Virus record (IMG/VR): IMGVR_UViG_3300032236_001129
Span: 36,207 to 100,206 of that record
Reading direction: 5' to 3' (one strand)
Length of the DNA stretch: 64,000 nucleotides
From: a virus
The notes under the pieces are model-generated. The model was not told where the DNA came from. It ran no database searches and worked only from the letters and a program-made list of their open reading frames with translations. Made by a program: the position numbers and the translations under genes. Positions 45,289-54,347 of this stretch are shown here, in pieces. The number at the start of each line of letters is the position of its first letter. The first letter of the stretch is position 1.

Positions 45289-46809
45289 TTACGCCGTAGC
45301 GTTTCCTGTTAGTTGTCCAAGCTTAATGACAACGAACTCTGCTGGGTATTCAAGAGCGACACCGACCTCAATGTTAACGATACCGTTTTGGATATCGCTA
45401 AAGCTTGTTGTTGTGTTATCGCAACGGACAAAGAAAGCGTCCTTAGCTGATGTTCCACGAAGACCACCCTGTTGCCAGTATGATTCTAGGAAAGCTCCAA
45501 GGGCTGAGCGGATGCTTGCCCATAGACGGCTGTCATTGTTCTCAAACACAGCAAATGTCGAACGATTTGTCATCTCGTTCTTGATGTAAATCAAGGAGCG
45601 ACGTACGTTGATATAGCGGTGTTGTGGTGTGTTCTGCAAGGTGCGAGCACCCATTGGAACGATGCCAGCACCAGGAACCTGGCGAATAGCATTAAGTGGG
45701 TTTGCAGCTGTGTTGATGTCATCTAGCTCAGCATTTGAGAGTAGACGCTCTGTTGCTACTGCAAGAGCCAAACGGTTGTTGATACCGGCTGGAGACTTGA
45801 AGACGCCACGAGATGCATCAGTTGCAAGGTATTGTCCCATCATTGCTGCGCCTGGAGCCTGTAGACGAACTGCTCCTGGAGTTGCACGAAGGGTGTTAGG
45901 GATTTGAATCCATGGGTAGTATGCAGCTGCAAACTCACCAGAAGCTGCTCCAAGAGCTGCTGTGATGAAGGTCTTAGCATCTGCTACCGATAGTCCTGAC
46001 TTAACGTCGAGTATTGCAAAAGCATCTCCACGCTCTTCGCAATAGCTTGCGAGGTCAGTTTGAATTGCTTGTGAAAGCGCATCGTCTGCAACGTATGCAG
46101 CATCTGGTACGTTCATAACCAATGGGTTTTGAACTGGATCAAATGTTGTATAAGCAGCGACATAGTTAGCTTCTACTGGAGCATCTCCATTAAGTCCACC
46201 TGTAAGGGAGACAAGTCCACCTGTTGTTAGAGCAGGAAGGTTTGCTGGTGATGTAGATCCTGAAGCTAAATCAGCTACATTTACGTAGCGCTCGGCTACG
46301 CTGTTTACAGCTGATACTACGTAACGTGAGTCTGCAGAGTCCATGCTGAGGTCAGCATAGGTCTGTGAAACGCCAGCAGCTGTTGTAACGGTTAGGTTAA
46401 AACGATCTGCTGCTCCTGAGGCTGTAATTGCTACTGCAACTGAATTGCCCCATGTTCCTGGGCTTACTGCTGTTACTGAAAGAGTATTAATTCCACCATC
46501 TCCTGAACGATCCTTCAGGTTAACGGTTGCTGATGCAGCACTAGCTCCCACTACTCTCTTTACGTAAAGATTGCGACCGCCATTAGCAAAGAAATTGTAG
46601 GCAGCCCATGTTGTTGGGTAGGCGTCGTCCAACTTGCCAAATGTCTTGACGAAGTCAATCCATGAGGTAAGCAGAACAGGTACAGTGATCGGACCTTGTC
46701 CCAATGCGCCCACAAGGGCACCAACTGCGCTGCCGTTATCGGCAAGCGTAATTGTGGTAGGAAGTTCGATTTCCTGAATGAAAACGCCTGGGCGACTGTA
46801 TGTAGTCAT
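45289..46809 (-). CDS. Tail sheath protein
   Basis: YSRPGVFIQE, FFANGG, AAYYPW, RGVFKSPAG, YINVRR, FE.ND, PAEFVVI. Confidence 0.95.
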   Translation of the reverse strand: MTTYSRPGVFIQEIELPTTITLADNGSAVGALVGALGQGPITVPVLLTSWIDFVKTFGKLDDAYPTTWAAYNFFANGGRNLYVKRVVGASAASATVNLKDRSGDGGINTLSVTAVSPGTWGNSVAVAITASGAADRFNLTVTTAAGVSQTYADLSMDSADSRYVVSAVNSVAERYVNVADLASGSTSPANLPALTTGGLVSLTGGLNGDAPVEANYVAAYTTFDPVQNPLVMNVPDAAYVADDALSQAIQTDLASYCEERGDAFAILDVKSGLSVADAKTFITAALGAASGEFAAAYYPWIQIPNTLRATPGAVRLQAPGAAMMGQYLATDASRGVFKSPAGINNRLALAVATERLLSNAELDDINTAANPLNAIRQVPGAGIVPMGARTLQNTPQHRYINVRRSLIYIKNEMTNRSTFAVFENNDSRLWASIRSALGAFLESYWQQGGLRGTSAKDAFFVRCDNTTTSFSDIQNGIVNIEVGVALEYPAEFVVIKLGQLTGNATA

Positions 46810-46835
46810 CCGGTTTTCTCCTTAGTTGTTAGTTG

Positions 46836-46841
46836 ATTATA
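46836..46841 (-). promoter_or_regulatory. -10 element upstream of the sheath gene
   Basis: TATAAT in the intergenic gap ahead of an AAGGAG SD. Confidence 0.45.
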
Positions 46842-46856
46842 TTTAGAGTCCGAGTT

Positions 46857-47471
46857 TTATACGTTTAGCTTAGTGAACGGGGTGTCCGATACAGTATACG
46901 TAATTGTGGGATTTTCTAGCACCTGGTACAGCTGAGTGAGCACATCAGGTAGAACTTCTGCGCTTACTCTTATGTTGTAGACATTACTAAACAGACGCTT
47001 GTCTGACTCAGTAGTATCTCGTTTTACGAATCCAAGCATATCTAACCTGCGTAGGGTGCCATCTTCAGGGATAGTCAAGGATCCAAATCTAAACGGTAAT
47101 CTGTCATTATTATACAGTGCTGCAATCAGTTGTCGGTCATGCCGTGGTTGACGGCAATAAGTCGTTACCTGATAATACAACGCTACTGGGATAGGCCAGG
47201 AAGTACTGGTGACCGTGCTTGGGTCTACGCCTTCTGGTACATATCCATCTTCAATAAACGGGAAGACTATGTTTCCACGATGGGAGCGGTCTGTCTCTTC
47301 GTTTACTCCTACAAGATCAATTGTGATATATGGGTAGGCCTGCTGACGAATCTGAGCATCAGGCTGACCATAGAATACTCCTACAGGGCGAGCTGGGTTA
47401 CCAGAGTCTGAGACCGTGATACCGGAGAGCTTAGCCTTGAGAGCTTTATCTTCATTAATAATAAATGGCAT
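46857..47471 (-). CDS. Tail terminator/completion protein
   Basis: Upstream of the sheath gene; YPYITIDL...PVALYYQVTTYCR. Confidence 0.65.
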   Translation of the reverse strand: MPFIINEDKALKAKLSGITVSDSGNPARPVGVFYGQPDAQIRQQAYPYITIDLVGVNEETDRSHRGNIVFPFIEDGYVPEGVDPSTVTSTSWPIPVALYYQVTTYCRQPRHDRQLIAALYNNDRLPFRFGSLTIPEDGTLRRLDMLGFVKRDTTESDKRLFSNVYNIRVSAEVLPDVLTQLYQVLENPTITYTVSDTPFTKLNV

Positions 47472-47752
47472 TAGAGGTCACCTCGCATATAGGATTGGAT
47501 GACTGGGGTTGGGGGTGTGCTTGAGTTACCATAAGCAAAGGTGTAGATATGATCCGAGAAGTCAGGATCCATCTTAACTCCCATAGTTTTACCACTAGGA
47601 ACTACGGTAAGGGTTGCAGCGGCAGCAGGATCCAGGCCAGCAGCAATAGCGTGGCTACGGAGTCGTTGGGTATCGATAACAGCTAGATCCCTTTTATAGA
47701 GTTCCAAAATCCTATCAAGTGTTATTTCGAGGAGTGTCTTTTTCTTAGCCAT
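47471..47752 (-). CDS. Putative neck/tail completion protein
   Basis: 93 aa, C-terminal YG...PP.P motif, position. Confidence 0.5.
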   Translation of the reverse strand: MAKKKTLLEITLDRILELYKRDLAVIDTQRLRSHAIAAGLDPAAAATLTVVPSGKTMGVKMDPDFSDHIYTFAYGNSSTPPTPVIQSYMRGDL

Positions 47753-47906
47753 TCTTTTTTATGGCCTTTGAAATTAGATATCCCGCAACGAGACCGGCAA
47801 CAACTTTCTTGTTACCATTTTTATCTAATCCAGCAAGACCACGTACGAATTCAGTTTTATCTGCTTCGGTCTCTTTACTCAAGAGCCGGTTGGCTAAAAA
47901 GATCAT
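47745..47906 (-). CDS. Small hypothetical protein (53 aa)
   Basis: Read by hand: MIFLANRLLSKETEADKTEFVRGLAGLDKNGNKKVVAGLVAGYLISKAIKKNG; GGAGG SD. Confidence 0.7.
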   Translation of the reverse strand: MIFLANRLLSKETEADKTEFVRGLAGLDKNGNKKVVAGLVAGYLISKAIKKNG

Positions 47907-47982
47907 AATTCCTCCATAGGAAGATGCAAGGGTATAGCTGCTGGGTTCCAGATTTCTCTGGCGTCATAGGTAAGCATAAAGT

Positions 47983-48004
47983 AAAAACGCCCCTTTCGGG
48001 GCGC
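47983..48004 (-). terminator. Intrinsic terminator
   Basis: GCGCCCC-GAAA-GGGGCGT followed by a T run. Confidence 0.8.
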
Positions 48005-48010
48005 TTAAAC

Positions 48011-48187
48011 TTACTTTGTTTTCTTGACTTTCTTAGCCAAAGCCTTGTCCATCTTTTCGTCTTCCTTACGGGAAGGCTTCTTCTTATCCATCTTCTTATC
48101 AGCCTTTTCAAAGGCTGCCTTCTGCTTTGGGCTCATGCCCTTTTCAAGCTTAGCGTCTTGCTTCTTATCTGAATCCTTCTTAGCCAT
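48011..48187 (-). CDS. Small Lys/Asp-rich protein (58 aa)
   Basis: Read by hand: MAKKDSDKKQDAKLEKGMSPKQKAAFEKADKKMDKKKPSRKEDEKMDKALAKKVKKTK. Confidence 0.75.
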   Translation of the reverse strand: MAKKDSDKKQDAKLEKGMSPKQKAAFEKADKKMDKKKPSRKEDEKMDKALAKKVKKTK

Positions 48188-48280
48188 TTACTTGCCTTTC
48201 TTGGTTGTTGGTTTTGATGTCTTCTTGCAGGCACCTTTGCAGTTAGGCTTGGAACAGCCGCATCCACATGATTTGCACAT
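48188..48280 (-). CDS. Cys-rich basic micro-protein (30 aa)
   Basis: Read by hand: MCKSCGCGCSKPNCKGACKKTSKPTTKKGK; exactly fills the gap. Confidence 0.7.
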   Translation of the reverse strand: MCKSCGCGCSKPNCKGACKKTSKPTTKKGK

Positions 48281-48282
48281 AG

Positions 48283-48474
48283 TTATCTTCCTGTCTTGTG
48301 AGTTTGGTGCCACTGCTTTCCAGCCGCAACACCTTGTTGGATGGTCTTAATTTTACCATTCTTTTTGGTCAGATCTAGGGTGGGTCCCCCACCATTAGGG
48401 TGGCTTACAATGACGTCTCCCTTTTTGTTCTTAGAGAACTTGTGGGTTTTGCCTGCAATCTTTACTTTTGTCAT
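48283..48474 (-). CDS. Small basic protein
   Basis: 63 aa, Lys-rich. Confidence 0.7.
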   Translation of the reverse strand: MTKVKIAGKTHKFSKNKKGDVIVSHPNGGGPTLDLTKKNGKIKTIQQGVAAGKQWHQTHKTGR

Positions 48475-48476
48475 TT

Positions 48477-49061
48477 TTACCCAATATTGTAAATAGTTAA
48501 GTTGGCAGAAGGTACGGCTGGGCGAGTTGGGTTAGTTCCAGCAGCAGTAGCAAGTAGTTTCATGCCGGCTGCCCCAGACCACCAGTGGATCTGAATCCAA
48601 TCTCCGTTCACCACTTGAATAGGAAACTCAATGTTTGCAAGTGTCTGATCATTTTGAGCGCTTGATGTAGTAAATGAATATCCAGATCCGGTTACCTGTA
48701 CTCCATTTTTTACTATCCAAGTTTCAATGTTGTAGTTACTTGCTCCGCCAGTAAAAGCAAATTGACCAAGAAAGTTTAAATTATAGGTGCCTGTTTGAGT
48801 AAACAAAATTTTAGTATTGTCAGTTCCTGATATTGACATGGAATTGCTAATATTTGTCGTATCCCAATGCACCACATTATCTGAGGTCACCCCACCAGAT
48901 GTTTGCGTATTAGAGGCGGCAAAATTACCATAGTAAAGTGTTGGAGAAATTCCAGTATCGCCTTTAGGACCGGTAGCACCGGTTGCCCCGGTATCTCCCT
49001 TTGGACCTGCAGGACCTTGTGGGCCTACACCGCCTGAGTTGGAGTAATGAATGATAGCCAT
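48477..49061 (-). CDS. Collagen-repeat protein with a C1q/BclA-like C-terminal domain
   Basis: GPQGPAGPKGDTGATGATGPKGDTG then a beta-rich domain (GTYNLNF). Confidence 0.7.
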   Translation of the reverse strand: MAIIHYSNSGGVGPQGPAGPKGDTGATGATGPKGDTGISPTLYYGNFAASNTQTSGGVTSDNVVHWDTTNISNSMSISGTDNTKILFTQTGTYNLNFLGQFAFTGGASNYNIETWIVKNGVQVTGSGYSFTTSSAQNDQTLANIEFPIQVVNGDWIQIHWWSGAAGMKLLATAAGTNPTRPAVPSANLTIYNIG

Positions 49062-49354
49062 TAGCGACGTACCATCAAAACGCCTACATATGAATCTCCG
49101 CTTGCAGATAAAGCATAGGCTTCAAATGCAGGGGGAAGATTATCAATAGTTACTGCTCCACCTGGAACAATGCTTACTCCGTAAGAGGTAGAGGTAAGCC
49201 CCGCTCCTCCTAGGTAGACAGCTTCAGAACCTAAGTTCTGTACTTGAATAGTTACGCTGCTTCCGCCTTCAACACCTTCAGGGGTTAATTGAACTGGGGT
49301 AGCGTCATTAATTGCAACTCGAGCATGAGTTAAGCCGGTTACATAGCTTGCCAT
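49061..49354 (-). CDS. Small beta-rich virion protein
   Basis: IQVQNLGSEAVYLGG...YG. Confidence 0.6.
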   Translation of the reverse strand: MASYVTGLTHARVAINDATPVQLTPEGVEGGSSVTIQVQNLGSEAVYLGGAGLTSTSYGVSIVPGGAVTIDNLPPAFEAYALSASGDSYVGVLMVRR

Positions 49355-49355
49355 A

Positions 49356-49517
49356 TCAGACCTTCTTTAGCTTAGGGTTTTTACGCTTTGCTGCTGCAGA
49401 AGCGCCACGAGATGAAGCTGCTAGGATTGCACCAGCTGCCTTTTTAGAAACGCCTTCCTTCTTAGCGATCTTTTCTTGCACCGCTTTAAAGCCTGGGTGT
49501 GCTTTACTTTTTGCCAT
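49356..49517 (-). CDS. Small basic protein (53 aa)
   Basis: Read by hand: MAKSKAHPGFKAVQEKIAKKEGVSKKAAGAILAASSRGASAAAKRKNPKLKKV. Confidence 0.75.
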   Translation of the reverse strand: MAKSKAHPGFKAVQEKIAKKEGVSKKAAGAILAASSRGASAAAKRKNPKLKKV

Positions 49518-49650
49518 TTTTCTTCTTGCCTTTCTTCTCTACGTGTTCTGGTAGTTTAGCATCTTTGGGAGTTATTGCCGCCCATTGCTTAGCTATCTGT
49601 GGATGGTGTATATAAAGATATGCCCGCTGGGCTTTAGATTTGAACGGCAT
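49504..49650 (-). CDS. Small basic protein (48 aa)
   Basis: Read by hand: MPFKSKAQRAYLYIHHPQIAKQWAAITPKDAKLPEHVEKKGKKKNGKK. Confidence 0.75.
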   Translation of the reverse strand: MPFKSKAQRAYLYIHHPQIAKQWAAITPKDAKLPEHVEKKGKKKNGKK

Positions 49651-50228
49651 TAGAGTGTCGTAGGGTCAAAAGGATTGTAGTTAGCATAGTGCTGGAACTG
49701 CATATCGTTGACCAGCTCTTCAGCGTTAACCTGGTTGCAATCAACATGCATCATGGTGTACTTATCTGTGATAAGACCCATAGGCAGGATGCGGGTAGGC
49801 GTCCAAACTTCACCACGGAATACAACCCGATCACGTAGATACTTATCTGGGTTATCTTCCATCTTAGTTAAGTTAGGGTAGGTAGCGGCGTTCTTACCGT
49901 AGGTGTTACGGTGATCCTCTACCAAGTCAATGTTAATAGTTAATGAGAGTACGTCAGTGTTATAGAAACCACGGTCGCTCTGAACAGTCACACCTTGGTT
50001 GATAGTTGAATTAACAACGGGGACAATGATAGGGCCAATAAATCTACGGCCACCGGTCTCATTACCACCGACATCGTAGATCTCATCTATGACGGTAGTC
50101 GAAGGGTCATAGAACCACCACTCGATCTTATTACCGACAGTGTTTACAATTTCTTTTGTAGTTCCAGATATAACGGATTGACGTTCATGGTTAATACTGA
50201 AACGGCCTTCACGACCTTCTCCACGCAT
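49650..50228 (-). CDS. Putative head-closure/neck protein
   Basis: 192 aa; D.IYD...RDRVVFRGEVW; position between fibre and tail genes. Confidence 0.55.
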   Translation of the reverse strand: MRGEGREGRFSINHERQSVISGTTKEIVNTVGNKIEWWFYDPSTTVIDEIYDVGGNETGGRRFIGPIIVPVVNSTINQGVTVQSDRGFYNTDVLSLTINIDLVEDHRNTYGKNAATYPNLTKMEDNPDKYLRDRVVFRGEVWTPTRILPMGLITDKYTMMHVDCNQVNAEELVNDMQFQHYANYNPFDPTTL

Positions 50229-50237
50229 GGCGTCTCC

Positions 50238-51641
50238 TTAGTTAAGTGGGTAACGTATGATTACAATACCTGAACCACCAGTGTACCCTGCGGTTCCTCC
50301 ATTTTCACCGCCACCTCCGCCACCACCAGTATTGGCAGTTCCAGCAGATCCAGCCTGTCTTGAAGCAGATCCAGTACGGTTTGCTCCGTTACCCCCGCCA
50401 CCCATTCCACCAGGTCCAGATTGATAGTTATAGTCTTCGTCTCCAGCTCCACCACCACCAGCGTAATAGTTGTTCACACCGGTACTAGTTGGAATAGCAA
50501 AAGTAGGGATGTATGCGCCTATTCCACCAGCACCACCTGGTTTACCAACAGAAGAATCTCCTGCAACTCCAGCGCCACCAGCTCCTCCTCCACCACCTGA
50601 AACGTAGAGAACTGTTCCCCCACCTCCAGCATAACCTTGTCCATAAGTTCCAGCACCACCTAATGAGTTTCCAGCAGATTCGCGGAACCCACCGCCACCA
50701 CCAGAACCACCAACAAGACCACTACCATCTGCACCACCAGCGCCAACATAACTTCCACCGCCACCGCCACCTAAAGTTACAATTGGCCCAAACATAGATG
50801 GAGTACCGTTTGCTCCAGGTTGCCCACCACCTGAGGAACTACTTCCAGCACCACCACTTCCAATTATTACTGGAACAGTTGTTCCAGCAACTAGAGTTAG
50901 TTTACTTTCAAGACCGGCACCACCACCAGTAGCATCAACTGTACAGCGTAAACCACCAGCCCCGCCTCCAGCGTTAATTCTGGAACCGCCTCCACCACCT
51001 GCTATAACAAGGTAATCAAGATTAGAAATTTGTTGGGTTGTTGTAAGAGTGCTTGAAGAGGTAAAAGTATGATAGGCATATCCTCCGGAAACAGTAATTG
51101 TTCCCCCTGTTGCTTTAACCCCATTAGACACACCATACAATGTAAACGTAGATCCAGAAAGAAAGTTATATGGATTTTGTGCAGAAATAATAACTAAAGA
51201 AGTAATAGGTGTGTTATCAGACCATAATCCTGCACCTATTTCAAGACGTGTATCATTACCATTTTGTGGGCTTACCCCGTACGAAGAAAAATTTTTATAC
51301 TTTGTGCTTGATGAGTAATCAGAAATAGTTACTTCTGCTGTTGAAAAAGTATTTGTAGGCCCACCATTACCCAAAGAGTTATCAAATAAATTCACATAGC
51401 TATTAGTATAGCTTTGAGTAATATTTCCAGAGGCGTAGTATCCACGAAGGATTTTAGTAGACGCATTAGAAGAAGAATTATTTGGATAAAGGCGTACGTC
51501 ATAACCATACTGAGTGTTATCTGTTCTTACAGAACCAACAAGTTTTAATTCTGTATAGTGTTGTGGTATATTTGCAAAAGTTACAGTAGCAACCGTAGAG
51601 CTAACTGTTATAGTTTGAATAGGTATTAATGTATTAGCCAT
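50238..51641 (-). CDS. Glycine-rich fibre/adhesin protein (cassette 2, gene C')
   Basis: Shared N-terminal domain (TF.NIPQ.YT.L...GSTFTLYG) plus a polyglycine domain ending GGSGIVIIRY. Confidence 0.8.
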   Translation of the reverse strand: MANTLIPIQTITVSSTVATVTFANIPQHYTELKLVGSVRTDNTQYGYDVRLYPNNSSSNASTKILRGYYASGNITQSYTNSYVNLFDNSLGNGGPTNTFSTAEVTISDYSSSTKYKNFSSYGVSPQNGNDTRLEIGAGLWSDNTPITSLVIISAQNPYNFLSGSTFTLYGVSNGVKATGGTITVSGGYAYHTFTSSSTLTTTQQISNLDYLVIAGGGGGSRINAGGGAGGLRCTVDATGGGAGLESKLTLVAGTTVPVIIGSGGAGSSSSGGGQPGANGTPSMFGPIVTLGGGGGGSYVGAGGADGSGLVGGSGGGGGFRESAGNSLGGAGTYGQGYAGGGGTVLYVSGGGGGAGGAGVAGDSSVGKPGGAGGIGAYIPTFAIPTSTGVNNYYAGGGGAGDEDYNYQSGPGGMGGGGNGANRTGSASRQAGSAGTANTGGGGGGGENGGTAGYTGGSGIVIIRYPLN

Positions 51642-53077
51642 TAGACTGCATACCTCACAATTACTAGTCCAGATCCACCTTGTCCACCTTGTGCTGGATA
51701 TCCTGCGTAACCGCCGCCTCCACCGCCAGAGCCTGTGTTAACAGTTCCTGAGTTACCTCCAGAAACAGTTTTAGTACCGGCACCTCCACCACCAGAACCG
51801 CCTGAACCTTGTGTGCCATAACCTGTAGAGCCACCACCACCACCTGCGTAGTAGCCAGAAACTCCAGTACCAGTTATAGTTGATAAAGCAGATATTTGAA
51901 CTCCGTTACCGCCAGCACCTCCAACAGAGTTAGGTGAAGTTGCTGCAGCACTACCAGGGCTACCTGCTGAGCCAGCACCGCCACCACCACCACCTGCACC
52001 CCAATATAGAGATGCAACAGGTGTTACACCACCGCCAGCATATCCTTGTCCTGAAGTTGGGGAACCACCAGTTCCTGCGGCGTTAACACCATTACCGGCT
52101 GCACCGCCACCACCAGAACCTCCGCTACCTCCAGTTGCCCCACCACCTCCGTTAAGCTGTGAAGCTCCATAGCCTCCGCCAACAGATACGATTGATCCAA
52201 AAGAAGAATTTCCACCACTAGTTCCATTGTAACCTGGGCCAGGTCCTGGAACAGAAACGCTAACACCACCAGCACCAATTAATACTGGGTAAGAAGTTCC
52301 TGCAGTAAGAGATAGTGCAGACTCAACAGAGCCACCACCACCAGTTGCTGTAACTGTTGAGCGAAGACCACCAGCGCCACCTCCGCCCATACCATCGTAT
52401 GGTCCAGAAGCCCCGCCTCCGCCACCTGCAATAACTAGATAATCACAAGAAATTGCTTGACGAGCAATAAACTTTCCTGAAGTCTTAAATACATGGTACC
52501 AATATGTTCCGTTATTGGTTACAAAGTCACCACCCTCAGCCTTTGTAGTTTCTGCTGCCTTAATTCCATAAGCGGTTAATGAAGAACCTGAAAGAAAACT
52601 AGCACCAGGAACAGTAAGAGTAATGCTTGTTATTGGAGACGTATTGAACCATTGGCCTACTGAAAGCTGTACCGCACTATTTGGTGCAGAACTTCTAGAT
52701 ATTACAGTTTTATTAGTAGTAGCGTTTGAGTAGTTCATGAAATTAAGTATGTCTGTAGTAACAATTGATGTGGTGTTGTCACCTAAAAATATAGAAGAGG
52801 TGCTATATGCTCTAGAAGAACCGCCCGTACTAGATCCAATACCATACACACGTGTCCACGAATAATTACTTCCAGTATCCCCATTTACTGTAAAATAAGA
52901 GTTAACAGCAGTTGAGTTATTTCCTGAATTTAGTACTACAACAAGATCTGTATAAGTTGTGGGAATGTTAGATAAAGTTATAGAGCTTGCATTACTTGTA
53001 AGGGTAGTAACAGCAATAGGGGTATAAGTATTTGATTCCCCTTGAGGCCCACCAGAAGGTGTTGTTGTTATAGCCAT
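51641..53077 (-). CDS. Glycine-rich fibre/adhesin protein (cassette 2, gene B')
   Basis: Same two-domain architecture. Confidence 0.8.
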   Translation of the reverse strand: MAITTTPSGGPQGESNTYTPIAVTTLTSNASSITLSNIPTTYTDLVVVLNSGNNSTAVNSYFTVNGDTGSNYSWTRVYGIGSSTGGSSRAYSTSSIFLGDNTTSIVTTDILNFMNYSNATTNKTVISRSSAPNSAVQLSVGQWFNTSPITSITLTVPGASFLSGSSLTAYGIKAAETTKAEGGDFVTNNGTYWYHVFKTSGKFIARQAISCDYLVIAGGGGGASGPYDGMGGGGAGGLRSTVTATGGGGSVESALSLTAGTSYPVLIGAGGVSVSVPGPGPGYNGTSGGNSSFGSIVSVGGGYGASQLNGGGGATGGSGGSGGGGAAGNGVNAAGTGGSPTSGQGYAGGGVTPVASLYWGAGGGGGGAGSAGSPGSAAATSPNSVGGAGGNGVQISALSTITGTGVSGYYAGGGGGSTGYGTQGSGGSGGGGAGTKTVSGGNSGTVNTGSGGGGGGYAGYPAQGGQGGSGLVIVRYAV

Positions 53078-53665
53078 TTACGCAGTCCTAATCCCATAAA
53101 GAGCAAAATGAGTGTAAGCAGAAAATGTACCATTTTCCGGATACAATGTAATACTATTAATTTTATCTGTGTTATTTCTCCAATTACAATTAAGAATTTT
53201 TAAATAAGAAGAGGAGTTAACATTTCTGTCTCCACCAGAAAAAGAGCGAACAGTCTTATTTTTTGTAGTAGAGTTTGCATCAGCAATTTCTATAATTGAT
53301 GCGCTTGTATAAGATGCTGTGTTTGCACCACCAGTACCCCACAACCCCCAAGTTGAGCTTCCACCACTAGAACCAAATGCTACACCAGCTCCATCACCGT
53401 AGAGCTGTCCCCATGAGTAATTAGAAGCAGAATCACCATTAAAACGAAGGTAAAAACTATCGTTATTAAAAGAGTGTAGTGTGGTTGCACGAATTTGAAG
53501 ATTTGAATAGGTATCTGGAATACCTGTAAAAGTCACTGAGCTTTGGGAACTAGTAAGGCTGATTGTTGCTAATGCAAACATTCCACCCTGGATTGTAGTT
53601 TGATCCCAAACTTTATTGGTTTTGGAGCCGTATACCCCAGCACCATTAAATCTTTTAATAGACAC
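53078..53665 (-). CDS. Fibre-associated protein, shared domain only (cassette 2, gene A')
   Basis: MSIKR...VWDQ then TFTGIP.TY..LQIR...LYGI. Confidence 0.75.
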   Translation of the reverse strand: MSIKRFNGAGVYGSKTNKVWDQTTIQGGMFALATISLTSSQSSVTFTGIPDTYSNLQIRATTLHSFNNDSFYLRFNGDSASNYSWGQLYGDGAGVAFGSSGGSSTWGLWGTGGANTASYTSASIIEIADANSTTKNKTVRSFSGGDRNVNSSSYLKILNCNWRNNTDKINSITLYPENGTFSAYTHFALYGIRTA

Positions 53666-53687
53666 GAATGACTCCCCTTTGGGAAAA

Positions 53688-53924
53688 TTAGAGAACTAGA
53701 ACTGAGGCTTCGTCAGCTGTGAGAGGCTCACCAGCGACTAACTTAGCTTTTGCAGAAACCTTAAGCGCTGCAATACGTGCTTCTTCTGCTTCACGTACTG
53801 CCTGTGCTTCAGCAGCAGCTGCGGCATCCTGATCACGCTGTGCAATTTCTTGTGCTGTTAGGGGAACAATGCGCTGTTCTCCTGTTGTGCAGTCAACGAT
53901 AATCTTTGTAGGTGTATCGGACAT
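53688..53924 (-). CDS. Small fibre-associated helical protein
   Basis: IIVDCTTGEQ..VPLT..EIA. Confidence 0.65.
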   Translation of the reverse strand: MSDTPTKIIVDCTTGEQRIVPLTAQEIAQRDQDAAAAAEAQAVREAEEARIAALKVSAKAKLVAGEPLTADEASVLVL

Positions 53925-54295
53925 TATTCAGTTACTTCCTTCCATGACTTAGAGGTTTCATCCCATGTGTAGCGCTTTCCTTCTACAGTGGGCATAGGAG
54001 TTGGTGCATCCCATGTGTAGGTATCTTTATTAAGAGTCCATGATGGGAAAGGCTTTGGAGCAATAAATGCGTCTAGAGCCGCATCGTACTTAAACCCAAT
54101 ACCCGCATAGTTACCACGAAATGGGTTACCACCTAAACGGTGTTCTCCAGCAAATGTGTTATACGAGGTCTTCTTCCAAGTACCACCCAAACCGAGTTCA
54201 TCGGCTAGGAATGCTTGACCGTCTTCTACCTCATCAGCTACGACAAGTACACGAGTGACAATGTTGTCACTATCAATTTCGGCCCAATGTGCCAT
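53924..54295 (-). CDS. Fibre-associated protein typical of glycine-rich loci
   Basis: MAHWAEID..NIVTRVLVV...NYAGIG..YD...DAFI.PKPFPSW. Confidence 0.7.
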   Translation of the reverse strand: MAHWAEIDSDNIVTRVLVVADEVEDGQAFLADELGLGGTWKKTSYNTFAGEHRLGGNPFRGNYAGIGFKYDAALDAFIAPKPFPSWTLNKDTYTWDAPTPMPTVEGKRYTWDETSKSWKEVTE

Positions 54296-54347
54296 ATGTT
54301 TTTCTCCTTGCTTGATTAGATAATAATAACATACCTAGTGGTATGGC

